From: Candidatus Bathyarchaeota archaeon
GTDB taxonomy: Archaea > Thermoproteota > CALKCG01 > B24 > DRYS01
Reading direction: 5' to 3'
Assembly (NCBI GenBank): GCA_018396535.1
Contig: JAGTQC010000002.1
Location: 192,001-256,000 of the forward strand
Length of the DNA stretch: 64,000 nucleotides
Under the pieces are notes generated by a model. It had not been told where the DNA came from. It worked only from the letters and a program-made list of their open reading frames with translations, and searched no databases. Numbering within the stretch: position 1 is the first letter of the stretch; each line of letters begins with the position of its first letter. Both the position numbers and the translations under genes were made by a program. Below, one piece after another: positions 10,316 through 20,332 of the stretch.

Positions 10316-11076
10316 AGATGAGATTTAAACGTATAATACCATGCTTAGATACTAAAGGCGGATTGCTTGTTAAAGGTGTAAAATTTAACGGTATACGTAT
10401 TTTAGGAGACCCTATCGATAGGGCAAAGATTTATGAAGAACAAGGTGCTGATGAGATAGCACTATTAGATATATCTGCTTCTCTCGAGAAAAAGTGTATT
10501 GCCACGGATTTAGTTAGGAAGATTTCATCTAGTATAAGTATACCGTTAATCGTCGGTGGAGGTATTAGAAGTATTGATCAAATAAGAATTCTTTTAGAAG
10601 CTGGTGCAGATAAAATCTCCATAAATACTGCTGCAGTAGAGAATCCTATGATCGTGAAGGAGGCTGCATCTACATTCGGAAGTCAGCATATTATAGTAGC
10701 TATAGATGCTGTGAGGGTATCTCAAGATAAATGGGAAGTTTATACTTATGGTGGTAGTAGACCTACAGGTTTGGATGTCGTAGATTGGGCTACTAGAGTA
10801 GAGGAATTAGGCGCATCTGAAATACTATTAACGAGTATAGATGCTGATGGAACTAGAGGAGGATACGATATCAAATTAATTCGTACAGTATCTGAAGTTG
10901 TAGATATACCTGTAATAGCCTCTGGTGGGGCGGGTAACCCTGAACATATATATATGGTTCTAACTGACGGTATGGCTGATGCAGCTTTAGCTGCATCAAT
11001 TTTCCACTACGGGGAGTATAGCATTAGAGATATCAAGCTATACTTAGCTTCAAGAGGCGTACCTGTAAGATTGTAA
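10312..11076 (+). CDS. hisF: Imidazole glycerol phosphate synthase cyclase subunit
   Basis: KRIIPCLD, GADKISINTAA, TSIDADGT and ASGGAG motifs. Confidence 0.95.
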   Translation: MKMRFKRIIPCLDTKGGLLVKGVKFNGIRILGDPIDRAKIYEEQGADEIALLDISASLEKKCIATDLVRKISSSISIPLIVGGGIRSIDQIRILLEAGADKISINTAAVENPMIVKEAASTFGSQHIIVAIDAVRVSQDKWEVYTYGGSRPTGLDVVDWATRVEELGASEILLTSIDADGTRGGYDIKLIRTVSEVVDIPVIASGGAGNPEHIYMVLTDGMADAALAASIFHYGEYSIRDIKLYLASRGVPVRL

Positions 11077-11077
11077 T

Positions 11078-12370
11078 TTGAGTTATATAGCTATGATAGT
11101 AGAAATTCATAATTTATCAGATATAGATATTAGCAATATTGTAAGAATATACGATTTAGACTACAGGATAGAAAATTATGTAAAGGAAATAATAGAAGAT
11201 GTAAGGATTAGGGGTGATTACGCTGTTATAGATTATACAGAGAAATTCGATGGAGTAAAACTCTCTATGAACGAGATCGAGATAAGCAGAGAGAGAATAT
11301 ACGAAGCCTTATCTATAGTACCTGAAGACTATATACGTACCGTTAAGGAGGTATATGATAGATTACTAGAGTTTCACAAGATGCAACTTCCAAAAGACTT
11401 TAAGATAGAAGTATCGCCTGGTGTTAAGTTAGAATTCAGATGGACCCCCCTAACTAGAGTTGGCTTATATATACCTGGAGGGTTGCATCCATACCCATCT
11501 ACTATACTTATGACTTCAGCTCCAGCTAGAATAGCTGGTGTACGTGAGATAATAGCATGCACGCCTCCTAGACCTAAAGGGTTGAATCCGTATATACTAG
11601 CCACCTTTGCTGTAGCTGGAGTTGAAAGGGTATTTCAGATTGGAGGTATTCAAGCAATAGCGGCTATGGCTTTTGGTACGGATATTGTACCTAAAGTAGA
11701 TAAGATCGTCGGACCCGGAGGTATATACATAGCTACAGCTAAACGTCTACTATATGGTATTGTGGGATTAGATGCACCTACCGGCCCTAGTGAAATCGTC
11801 ATACTAACCGATGGATCTACTAAAGCTGAATATGTAGCTTTAGATCTACTAGCTCAACTGGAGCATGGGCCGGGCTGTAAAGCTATACTTATAACATTAT
11901 CCAGGAATTACGCTATGGAAGTAGCTAGGATTATAGGGCACTACGCCACAGAGGCATCTATAGAGTTATCTAAAGATAGCCTCCTCATACTTGTAGCATC
12001 TAATTTGGATGAAGCTTTAGATTTCATAGATAGATACTCTCCTGAGCATCTAGAGGTACACTTAGAAGAGCAGCCTATAGATCTTGTAGAGAGATGTAGA
12101 AGCTGTGGAACAATCCTGATAGGCGAATTTTCACCAGCAGCTATATCCGATTACGCTACAGGAGGAAATCACATACTACCAGTAGGAGGGGCAGGTAGGT
12201 TTTCATCAGCTCTTTCTGTATACGATTTTATGAAGCATATAACCATTCAGAATATATCGTACGAAGGATTTAAACGTATAGCTGAAGCAGCTGTTCGACT
12301 TGCTAATATAGAAGGATTTACTATGCATCGTAAAGCTATCGAGGCTAGGTTAAGAGGGGGATCTATTTGA
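11078..12370 (+). CDS. hisD: Histidinol dehydrogenase
   Basis: GLYIPGG, DKIVGPG, GPSE, QLEH, PEHL and DYATGGNHILP motifs. Confidence 0.95.
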   Translation: MSYIAMIVEIHNLSDIDISNIVRIYDLDYRIENYVKEIIEDVRIRGDYAVIDYTEKFDGVKLSMNEIEISRERIYEALSIVPEDYIRTVKEVYDRLLEFHKMQLPKDFKIEVSPGVKLEFRWTPLTRVGLYIPGGLHPYPSTILMTSAPARIAGVREIIACTPPRPKGLNPYILATFAVAGVERVFQIGGIQAIAAMAFGTDIVPKVDKIVGPGGIYIATAKRLLYGIVGLDAPTGPSEIVILTDGSTKAEYVALDLLAQLEHGPGCKAILITLSRNYAMEVARIIGHYATEASIELSKDSLLILVASNLDEALDFIDRYSPEHLEVHLEEQPIDLVERCRSCGTILIGEFSPAAISDYATGGNHILPVGGAGRFSSALSVYDFMKHITIQNISYEGFKRIAEAAVRLANIEGFTMHRKAIEARLRGGSI

Positions 12371-12648
12371 GCTGGAGTATATTCGATGAAATATATAAGG
12401 TTATAGAAGATAGAAGAGATAATCCTAGGAGTGAATCCTATACATCAAAGCTTATAGCAGATGGCCTTGAAGCTATATTAAGTAAGATAGATGAAGAAGC
12501 TGAAGAACTTAAAGAAGCTGCTAGAAATGGTGAACATGGTTTAATCCATGAAGCTGCAGATCTCATATTCCATATAATGGTCCTCTTAGTATACAAGAAA
12601 GTTCCGTTAAATGCTATACCATTAGAATTCATGAAGAGAAAACGATGA
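12367..12648 (+). CDS. hisE: Phosphoribosyl-ATP pyrophosphatase
   Basis: SYTSKL, KIDEEAEE and HEAADLIFH motifs. Confidence 0.93.
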   Translation: MSWSIFDEIYKVIEDRRDNPRSESYTSKLIADGLEAILSKIDEEAEELKEAARNGEHGLIHEAADLIFHIMVLLVYKKVPLNAIPLEFMKRKR

Positions 12649-12692
12649 ATCCTATAATTGTTATTTAAGCTAATATCTTAAGGTGTCGGTAG

Positions 12693-13055
12693 ATGAAGTT
12701 AAAGTTAGCAGACGCTGAGAAGATAGCTGACAGAGTATGTTTCAGATTTGGAGGCCTAATAGTAGCTGTAGCTCAAGATGTACATACAAGTGAAGTACTT
12801 ATGGTAGCTTTCATGAATAGAGAAGCGCTTATAAAGACATTAACTACAGGTCTGGTACACTACTGGAGTATATCTAGAGGTAGATTATGGATGAAGGGGG
12901 AGATGTCAGGTAATGTACAAAGGGTAGTGGATGTAATATTCGACTGCGATTATGATACAGTCCTGGTTAAAGTAGAGCAAGTAGGTGTAGCATGTCATGA
13001 AGGATTCAAAAGCTGCTTCCATAATAAAATCGATACATCATACGTACAAACCTGA
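12693..13055 (+). CDS. hisI: Phosphoribosyl-AMP cyclohydrolase
   Basis: LWMKGEMSG, DCDYD and ACHEGFKSCF motifs. Confidence 0.95.
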   Translation: MKLKLADAEKIADRVCFRFGGLIVAVAQDVHTSEVLMVAFMNREALIKTLTTGLVHYWSISRGRLWMKGEMSGNVQRVVDVIFDCDYDTVLVKVEQVGVACHEGFKSCFHNKIDTSYVQT

Positions 13056-13066
13056 TATAATTGCTA

Positions 13067-13816
13067 CTATACCTCTATGGGTAATTCTTCTTCAGTTAAC
13101 ATTACAGACCTTCTCTCCTCGATCCTCTCTATCTGCCCATCCCTTATCCATGCTATACGATCAGATACATCTATCATCTTAAGATCGTGCGTAGCACATA
13201 TAACAGTCACACCTTTCTCAGCTTTAAGCCTATAGAGTAACTGAACTATAGCAAAGCCAGTAGTTAAGTCTAGGTTTCCTGTAGGCTCGTCTGCTAGTAT
13301 TATAGCTGGATCGTTTGCTAATGCTCTAGCTATAGCAACCCTCTGCTGCTGACCACCTGAAAGCTCGGTCGGTCTATGATTCAGACGATCACCTAAACCG
13401 ACAGTTTCAAGAAGAGCTCTAGCTTTCTTAACCCTCTCTTCTCTAGGTACACCAGCAAATATCATAGGAAGAGCCACGTTATCTAAAGCAGTTAGTACAG
13501 GGATCAGATTAAACGTCTGGAATATATAACCTATCCTATGACATCTAAGCCAGGCCTTCTCTTTAGGATTCATCTTAGCTATATCTACATTCTCTATAAG
13601 TACACGCCCAGAAGTCGGTGTATCAAGGCCCCCAATCATATTGAATAATGTAGTTTTGCCAGATCCACTAGGACCCATTATGGATAAATACTCACCCTTA
13701 CTTATATTTAAGTTAAGCCCTCTTAAAGCATGGACCTCCTCACCTTTTAGTAAATAGACTTTACGTAGATCTTCAACCTTCACCACATATTCAGGTGATA
13801 TACTCAGAGAGATCAC
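13067..13816 (-). CDS. ABC ATP-binding protein, LolD/MacB family
   Basis: GPSGSGKT, GYIFQTFNL, LSGGQQQRV and ADEPTGNLD motifs. Confidence 0.92.
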   Translation of the reverse strand: MISLSISPEYVVKVEDLRKVYLLKGEEVHALRGLNLNISKGEYLSIMGPSGSGKTTLFNMIGGLDTPTSGRVLIENVDIAKMNPKEKAWLRCHRIGYIFQTFNLIPVLTALDNVALPMIFAGVPREERVKKARALLETVGLGDRLNHRPTELSGGQQQRVAIARALANDPAIILADEPTGNLDLTTGFAIVQLLYRLKAEKGVTVICATHDLKMIDVSDRIAWIRDGQIERIEERRSVMLTEEELPIEV

Positions 13817-13854
13817 CTCGACTACAAGTTTATTTAGCTGCTAACAATGATTAT

Positions 13855-13868
13855 AAAAATTTTTAATA
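13855..13868 (+). promoter_or_regulatory. Putative BRE/TATA box for the DPCK gene
   Basis: AAAAATTTTTAATA about 20-35 nt upstream of start 13889. Confidence 0.45.
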
Positions 13869-13888
13869 CCCCTTAGGAGGGTGAACTT

Positions 13889-14422
13889 GTGGTAGAATTA
13901 TTTAGAGATAGACGATTAACATCTGAACTTAAAGAAAGATTGAGGGAGCCTCTAGGTATACTCATAGAGGGGCAACCAAAAGAGAATATAGATAAGATGA
14001 AACATATAGTAGATAAAATTAGACCCGTAGCTATAGCAGTTGTAGGTGACGTTGTATCTAGCATGGCCATGGCTGCAGGTATACCTATTAAAATCTATGT
14101 TGCAGATGGTAGGGTTATGAGAAGTCTAGCTGGTTTAGAAAGAGCTGGTAGCGTAGATATCATAGTTAGAGTTAGAAATCCACCAGGCTTCATAACAAGA
14201 GAGAGTATCGATGTTTTGAGAAGAGCTACCGAGTATAACGGATCAGTATGGGTTTGGGTGGAAGGGGAGGAGGATCTTATGGTAATACCTCTTGTACTTT
14301 TCATGCCTATAGGTTCGATCGTAATTTATGGTCAACCACATAGAGGCTTCGTAGTTGTTTATGTGGATGAAAAGAAAAAGGCTGAAATGCTCCATATAAT
14401 TAACTCTATGGAGTTAGTATAG
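13889..14422 (+). CDS. GTP-dependent dephospho-CoA kinase (DUF359)
   Basis: VGDVVS, ADGRVMR, VRNPPGFIT, VEGEEDL and YGQP motifs. Confidence 0.88.
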   Translation: MVELFRDRRLTSELKERLREPLGILIEGQPKENIDKMKHIVDKIRPVAIAVVGDVVSSMAMAAGIPIKIYVADGRVMRSLAGLERAGSVDIIVRVRNPPGFITRESIDVLRRATEYNGSVWVWVEGEEDLMVIPLVLFMPIGSIVIYGQPHRGFVVVYVDEKKKAEMLHIINSMELV

Positions 14423-14475
14423 CTAAATCCTTTAATAATCGTTTATTACGAAAATATGGTGTTCGGTGATCCTCT

Positions 14476-15366
14476 ATGAAACTGGGTGTAGCTGAGCTTA
14501 TAGATGATTTCACAGAAATGTTTCCTATGTGGGTTTCTAGATTATTAATAACAGCAGATACTCCTGAATGGGCTTTAACAGCTGCACACGTAGCTACAGG
14601 TTTTGCTACCTCTATAATAATGTCTCCTGCTGAAGCTGGAATAGAAGGCATCCAACCTGAGAATACACCTGATGGTAGACCTGGAGTCTATGTACAGATA
14701 TACCATACTGATAGGGTTATGCTAAGAACTCAACTCTTATTTAGGATAGGACAGTGTATACTCACATGCCCTACGACAGCCCTCTTTGATGGACTTAAAG
14801 ATGCTAAGAGGAGGTTTAAGGTAGGTAAAAGTCTATCTACGTTTGGTGATGGATTTCAAAAAGAGGATGCAATCGGCGGGAGAAAGGTTTGGCGAATACC
14901 TGTTATGGAGGGTGAATTCATCGTAGAGGAAAGTTTGGGTGTTACTAGAGGGGTAGCTGGAGGTATGTTCCTAATACTAGCAAGTGATAAAGCTTCAGGT
15001 TTAAAAGCTGCTGAAGCTGCTGTAGAAGCTATAAAGACTGTGGAGGGCGTTATTCTACCGTTTCCAGGTGGAATATGTAGATCAGGTTCTAAAGTCGGAA
15101 GTTTAAAGTATAAGCTTAGAGCTTCTACAAACCACTTATTCTGCCCAACTATAAGAAGCCAGGTGAAAGATTCAAGAATACCTGAGGGCGTAAACTCTGT
15201 ATATGAGATAGTAATTAATGGTCTTACCTTCGACTCCGTCAGAAAAGCTCTTAAAATTGGTATAGAAGCAGCTTCGCAGTTCGATGGTGTAAAATATATA
15301 ACTACAGCCAACTACGGAGGGAAGCTTGGACCATACAAACTATACTTAAGTGAAGCTTTAAGGTAG
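14476..15366 (+). CDS. ftr: Formylmethanofuran--tetrahydromethanopterin N-formyltransferase
   Basis: TGFATSII, TPDGRPG, RIGQCILTCPTT, FPGGICRSGSK, YEIVING and NYGGKLGPY motifs. Confidence 0.93.
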   Translation: MKLGVAELIDDFTEMFPMWVSRLLITADTPEWALTAAHVATGFATSIIMSPAEAGIEGIQPENTPDGRPGVYVQIYHTDRVMLRTQLLFRIGQCILTCPTTALFDGLKDAKRRFKVGKSLSTFGDGFQKEDAIGGRKVWRIPVMEGEFIVEESLGVTRGVAGGMFLILASDKASGLKAAEAAVEAIKTVEGVILPFPGGICRSGSKVGSLKYKLRASTNHLFCPTIRSQVKDSRIPEGVNSVYEIVINGLTFDSVRKALKIGIEAASQFDGVKYITTANYGGKLGPYKLYLSEALR

Positions 15367-15401
15367 CAGAATTAACCGTTAATGGAGGATGTATATGGAG
15401 T

Positions 15402-16403
15402 ATGACCTGTACAGTTCTTGTTGGAGGATTCTTTGGGGATGAAGGTAAAGGTAAGATAGCATCATATCTAGCTATTAAAGATGACATGGATGCTAATGTT
15501 AGAACAGGTTCTGTTAATGCAGGTCACACTGTCGTGTGGGGCGATATAACGTATAAGTTAAGGATGATTCCAAGTGGGTTTGTAAACCCGAAAACGAAAC
15601 TATATTTAGCAGCCGGATGCAATGTTAATCCGTCCATATTTTTAGAGGAAGTTAAACTTACAAAAGTAGAGGGAAGGATCTGGATAGATAGACAGGCATC
15701 CGTCATCGAGCCAATACATATAGAGAGGGATAGAAGCGAAGGAGGAAGAATAGGAACGACTGGGCAGGGTGTAGGTCCAGCACAAGAGGATAGAGTTAAA
15801 CGTATAGCTAAACTCGTTTCAGAGATTGATTATCTTAAACCATACCTTGATGATGTAGCTTTAAGAGTAAACGAAATCCTAGATAGAGGAGGTAAAGTTC
15901 TTCTTGAAGGTACTCAGGGAACATACTTGTCTTTGATACATGGAACATACCCATATGTTACTAGTAGAGATACAACAGCATCAGCTATATGTAGTGAAGT
16001 TGGTATAGGACCTAAAAGGGTAGATGATGTCATAGTAGTGTTCAAATCTTATGTCACACGTGTTGGCAAAGGTCCGCTAAAGGGGGAGCTAAGTGAAGAA
16101 GAGGTTAGGCGTAGAGGATGGATGGAGATAGCTACCGTTACTGGTAGAATTCGTAGAGCAGCCCCCTTCGACTTTGAGTTAGCTAGGAGAGCTGCTATAC
16201 TAAATAGCGCAACCCAAATAGCTATAACGAAACTTGATAGTTTGTATCCTGAAGCAGCCTATGCCAGAAAGTTTGAGGATTTACCGACGGAGGCCAGAAT
16301 GTTTATCGAACATGTGGAAAACGAAGTCAAAGTACCTGTAACTCTCATAGGCATTGGACCTAAAGTTGAAGATATAATAGATAGGAGGAGGGAGATTCTA
16401 TAG
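15402..16403 (+). CDS. purA: Adenylosuccinate synthetase, short archaeal type
   Basis: FGDEGKGK, NAGHTV, EGTQG, GTYPYVTS and TVTGRIRR motifs. Confidence 0.95.
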   Translation: MTCTVLVGGFFGDEGKGKIASYLAIKDDMDANVRTGSVNAGHTVVWGDITYKLRMIPSGFVNPKTKLYLAAGCNVNPSIFLEEVKLTKVEGRIWIDRQASVIEPIHIERDRSEGGRIGTTGQGVGPAQEDRVKRIAKLVSEIDYLKPYLDDVALRVNEILDRGGKVLLEGTQGTYLSLIHGTYPYVTSRDTTASAICSEVGIGPKRVDDVIVVFKSYVTRVGKGPLKGELSEEEVRRRGWMEIATVTGRIRRAAPFDFELARRAAILNSATQIAITKLDSLYPEAAYARKFEDLPTEARMFIEHVENEVKVPVTLIGIGPKVEDIIDRRREIL

Positions 16404-16416
16404 CACCTAATAAGGT

Positions 16417-17511
16417 TTATACAGGTGAAAGTTCTTCTGTCAATCCCGCTTTAGGATATGGATACAGAAAACATCTGGATTCTGGTACCTTAACATATAT
16501 CCTTGATCCAGGTTCAACATTTGTATTAGACCATATCTTAGCTTTCATATGCACACCATCTGGTAGTACGATGCCTAAGTAAAGCATCCTACCTATACGT
16601 CTAGCTGATGATACCTCTACCTTAATAGTATTTCTATCCATATCCTGATTAGCAATTTTGAAGGCTTCAGGTCTAATAGCCAGTATAGCCCTCTTACCAT
16701 CCTCAATTGGAGCCGGCACCCATCCACATATAAGCTTATATTCACCACTATCAGCTATGTATGACCCCCCGCTGCATCTAGCTACAACCTCTACGATGTT
16801 AGCTTCTCCTACAAAATATGCTACGAATAGACTTCTAGGTGCCCAGTATAACTCCTTAGGCGGACCTGTTTGAAGTATTCTACCTCTACGCATAACTACT
16901 ATCTTATCCGCGATCGATAGTGCTTCATCCTGATCGTGAGTAACATGAATAGCCGTTAGACCGAAACCCTTAACGATTTCCCTAAGCTTATACTTCATAT
17001 ACACTCTTATCTTAGGATCTAATGCGCCTAGCGGTTCATCTAGAAGTAGTAATCTAGATCTAACTGCTAAAGCTCTAGCTATAGAGACAAGTTGAGCTAT
17101 ACCACCACTCACTTCATTGGGATAAGCATCACGGCCCATATGTATACCTATCCTTTCTAGATTTTCTATAGCTGTTTTTAACGAATCTTTATAACACCAC
17201 CCCTTTACTTCAGGTCCGAAAGAAACGTTATCCACTAGACGCATATGAGGGAATAGGGCTATATCCTGAAATACAAACCCTATACCTCTTCTCTCCGGTG
17301 GAATACCTTTCATTGATTTACCATCTATGTAGACATCACCTTCATCAGGCTTTATGAACCCTGCTATTATCCTTAGAAGCGTTGTTTTACCACAACCGCT
17401 AGGACCCAATAGACAAACATAACTTCCATTTTCTACCGTAAGGTTAACTCTATTCAATGCTTCGATATAACCAAAACTTTTAGATACGTTTACGATATCC
17501 ACACTTGGCAA
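16417..17511 (-). CDS. ABC importer ATPase (PotA/CysA/WtpC-like) with TOBE-like C-terminus
   Basis: GPSGCGKT, VFQ, LLLDEP and HVTHDQ motifs; altered signature VSGGIAQLV. Confidence 0.9.
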   Translation of the reverse strand: MPSVDIVNVSKSFGYIEALNRVNLTVENGSYVCLLGPSGCGKTTLLRIIAGFIKPDEGDVYIDGKSMKGIPPERRGIGFVFQDIALFPHMRLVDNVSFGPEVKGWCYKDSLKTAIENLERIGIHMGRDAYPNEVSGGIAQLVSIARALAVRSRLLLLDEPLGALDPKIRVYMKYKLREIVKGFGLTAIHVTHDQDEALSIADKIVVMRRGRILQTGPPKELYWAPRSLFVAYFVGEANIVEVVARCSGGSYIADSGEYKLICGWVPAPIEDGKRAILAIRPEAFKIANQDMDRNTIKVEVSSARRIGRMLYLGIVLPDGVHMKAKIWSNTNVEPGSRIYVKVPESRCFLYPYPKAGLTEELSPV

Positions 17512-17514
17512 ATT

Positions 17515-18633
17515 CTACCCACCATGATAGAGTATAGAATCATATTCTGATACATCGTATATACGTGCATCTGAAGTTTTAAACCCGACTTTAACTTTAC
17601 AGCCTATTCCAACTTCCATTTCATCCATAACTTTCATCATTATCTTCGTAGCTCCGCAACAGGTTTTTAAGATGTATGTATATCCACCTCTATGGAACAA
17701 TACTTCTTCGACTATAGCATCAAAAACATTCCATCCAGAGTCAGAGGGTGGATCTAACACGATAACATCAGAATCTACACATACGATAACTTCACCTCCA
17801 CTTCTAAGTAGACTTGATGCATCTTCACATAATGGCTTAACCCTAAACTTAAAGCATACATCACTAGACGATCTGAGTAACCCATCATGTGGATCTAGAA
17901 CGTAGGCTCTAAATACATTAACATCTGATAGGAAGTATTCTACGAATAAGTTCTTAGGTTTTCTGCGTAGCTCGTCATATGATCCTACCTGGATAATATA
18001 ACCATTGTTCATTACTGCAATCCTATCAGCCAACTCTACCGCTTCCTCGACATTATTAGTAACATGTACTACAGTCCTACCTAAACTTCTAGCTATACTC
18101 TTTAATTCTTCCCTTAATTCAACGGATAATTTAGCATCTAACTGGCTTAGAGGCTCATCGAGGAGTAAAAGCTCAGCGCCAGTAGCTAAAGCTCTAGCTA
18201 ATGCTACTCTTTGACGCATACCACCCGAGAGTTCGTACGGATAAGAGTCAGCTCTATCTAATAGATGCATGAGGCTAAGCATCTCTTTACAGATCTTCTC
18301 AGCTTCGACGATATCGATGCCTTTCACTAGTAAGGGAAAACAGACGTTATCCCATACAGTCATATGGTTAAAGAGGTTGAAGAACTGAGGAAAATAGCCT
18401 ACCCCCCTCTCTTCGGGAGGCACATTTACCATAGGCTTACCATCGATATATATTTCACCTTTATCAGGGCTTACTATACCAGCTAATATCTTTAGAAGGG
18501 TGGTTTTACCAGCTCCAGTCGGTCCCAATACTACAAAGTATTCTCCTCTACTCACTTCGAAGGATATATCCTTTAAGACGGGTCTACCAGAGTAATACTT
18601 CCATATGTTAGATATCTTTAGGAAGCTATTCAC
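17515..18633 (-). CDS. ABC importer ATPase (WtpC/PotA-like)
   Basis: GPTGAGKT, LSGGMRQRV and LLLDEP motifs; H-loop reads HVTNN. Confidence 0.9.
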   Translation of the reverse strand: MNSFLKISNIWKYYSGRPVLKDISFEVSRGEYFVVLGPTGAGKTTLLKILAGIVSPDKGEIYIDGKPMVNVPPEERGVGYFPQFFNLFNHMTVWDNVCFPLLVKGIDIVEAEKICKEMLSLMHLLDRADSYPYELSGGMRQRVALARALATGAELLLLDEPLSQLDAKLSVELREELKSIARSLGRTVVHVTNNVEEAVELADRIAVMNNGYIIQVGSYDELRRKPKNLFVEYFLSDVNVFRAYVLDPHDGLLRSSSDVCFKFRVKPLCEDASSLLRSGGEVIVCVDSDVIVLDPPSDSGWNVFDAIVEEVLFHRGGYTYILKTCCGATKIMMKVMDEMEVGIGCKVKVGFKTSDARIYDVSEYDSILYHGG

Positions 18634-20326
18634 CAGCTATCACCTTCACTATACCCATAAATACTAGTGAGAAAACTATTAGAATAAGAGTCGAGAATAG
18701 AGCAGCGGGTATAGCTAGCGATTCCACCATAGTTACGACTAACGTTGATACGGTATAGTCGCCACCCATAACTATGAATGTAGCTCCAGTCTCGCCTAGA
18801 GAGTGCGTGAACGATAATATAGCACCTGTTAGGATCCCCCTCTTAAGCATCGGTATAGATATCAATTCGGCTAACTCCATAGGCTTAGCACCAAGAGTTC
18901 TAGCTACATCTTCGCAATCACGTATATCAGATCCTTCGAAAACAGCGATTATAGATTCGACAATGACGGGTACAGAAAACGTCATATGCGTTAACGTTAT
19001 AAGCCATACACCAGGAGTTACTATGTTAAATAGTCTAGGACCCCATAGAAGCATAGAAGATATACCTAAGGCAGACGTAGGTATCACGAGCGGAATCTTA
19101 AGTAAAGTTCTAAGCACCCTTCCAAAGCCGTATTCTTCGATAATGTATACTAACGGTATAGAAATGCATACAGATAAGAACGTGGATAAGCCTGCTACTA
19201 TAAATGATGTTAGTATTGCTCTAGATAGTAGCGATCCATAACCAGCCGGGCTCATAAAAATCTGATAGAGTATACCACCCTCCATCTTACCAGTAAACGG
19301 ATCTTTACCCCAATATAAGAAGGCGGAGTATGAGGTAGAAAATATAGGTAAAACTACGAGTATGAGTAGAAGAATCACCACAAAGGCTTTACCTATTATC
19401 GAGGATAGACTTGAAGAAAGAACTTCCTCCAATACTATTACTCTACGTTCTAGATCTAGCCTAGCTAGAATCTTAGGTAACGAAACCCATCCCTTACGTG
19501 ATAACATCATCTCTAACGGAAGTACTATAGCCCATGTCGAAAGTATAAGTAGGGCTCCTAGAAATGATGCGGTAGCTATCTTAAATTCGAACTCCCATCT
19601 AACGATAGCTACCGCTGCTGTGATGTAAGTACCAGATACTATCATGGTAGCTCCAGTCTCACCTAAAGATCGAGCTAGAGCCATTATAGATCCTGACAAA
19701 AGTGCTGGAAGTGATAATGGTAGAATAACCTTTCTAAAGGATGTGAATGGATTGGCACCCAGTATACGGGAAGCTTCTAATAAGCTAGGTTTTATATCGA
19801 TGAATCTTGCCTGCAGAGGTTTAACCACATATGGAAGGGTTAACGTTACATGAACCAGCAATAACAGGATAGGGATATCGACCACAGGTATCTTACTGGT
19901 TATATCTATAACACCAGTTTTTAACCCGAAAAGGCCTCCTAAACCTAGATTTGTAGTCCAGGATATGAGAGTAGCGAAGCCGAATCCCGATGTAGGCATC
20001 ACAAGTGGAAGAGATACCAGTGTATCTAGTATGGATTTACCTGGAAATCTGCCGTAAGCTAGTATATAGGCTAAGGGTATACCTAGACATACATCTATAA
20101 GAGCTGTTAGGATCGATAGTTTAAACGAAAATATGAGAACAGATTGTATAAGTTTCCAACCGGTATCACCGACTATAGGGTTATCGAATATCTCATAGCG
20201 TATTTCATCCCAGTTCACGGGTATAAAAGATATCAAGAAAACTGAGGGCATAAGCACAAATACAGCTGTAGCTATCAGGATCGCTATCTTTAAAATCAAA
20301 CCACCTTTACGGTATAGAGAAGCCAT
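18626..20326 (-). CDS. ABC permease with two fused BPD_transp_1 domains (ModB/CysT-like)
   Basis: Duplicated EAA loops (EASRILGA, DVARTLGA) and SLGETGAT motifs; about 12 TM. Confidence 0.88.
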   Translation of the reverse strand: MASLYRKGGLILKIAILIATAVFVLMPSVFLISFIPVNWDEIRYEIFDNPIVGDTGWKLIQSVLIFSFKLSILTALIDVCLGIPLAYILAYGRFPGKSILDTLVSLPLVMPTSGFGFATLISWTTNLGLGGLFGLKTGVIDITSKIPVVDIPILLLLVHVTLTLPYVVKPLQARFIDIKPSLLEASRILGANPFTSFRKVILPLSLPALLSGSIMALARSLGETGATMIVSGTYITAAVAIVRWEFEFKIATASFLGALLILSTWAIVLPLEMMLSRKGWVSLPKILARLDLERRVIVLEEVLSSSLSSIIGKAFVVILLLILVVLPIFSTSYSAFLYWGKDPFTGKMEGGILYQIFMSPAGYGSLLSRAILTSFIVAGLSTFLSVCISIPLVYIIEEYGFGRVLRTLLKIPLVIPTSALGISSMLLWGPRLFNIVTPGVWLITLTHMTFSVPVIVESIIAVFEGSDIRDCEDVARTLGAKPMELAELISIPMLKRGILTGAILSFTHSLGETGATFIVMGGDYTVSTLVVTMVESLAIPAALFSTLILIVFSLVFMGIVKVIAGE

Positions 20327-20332
20327 AACCGT

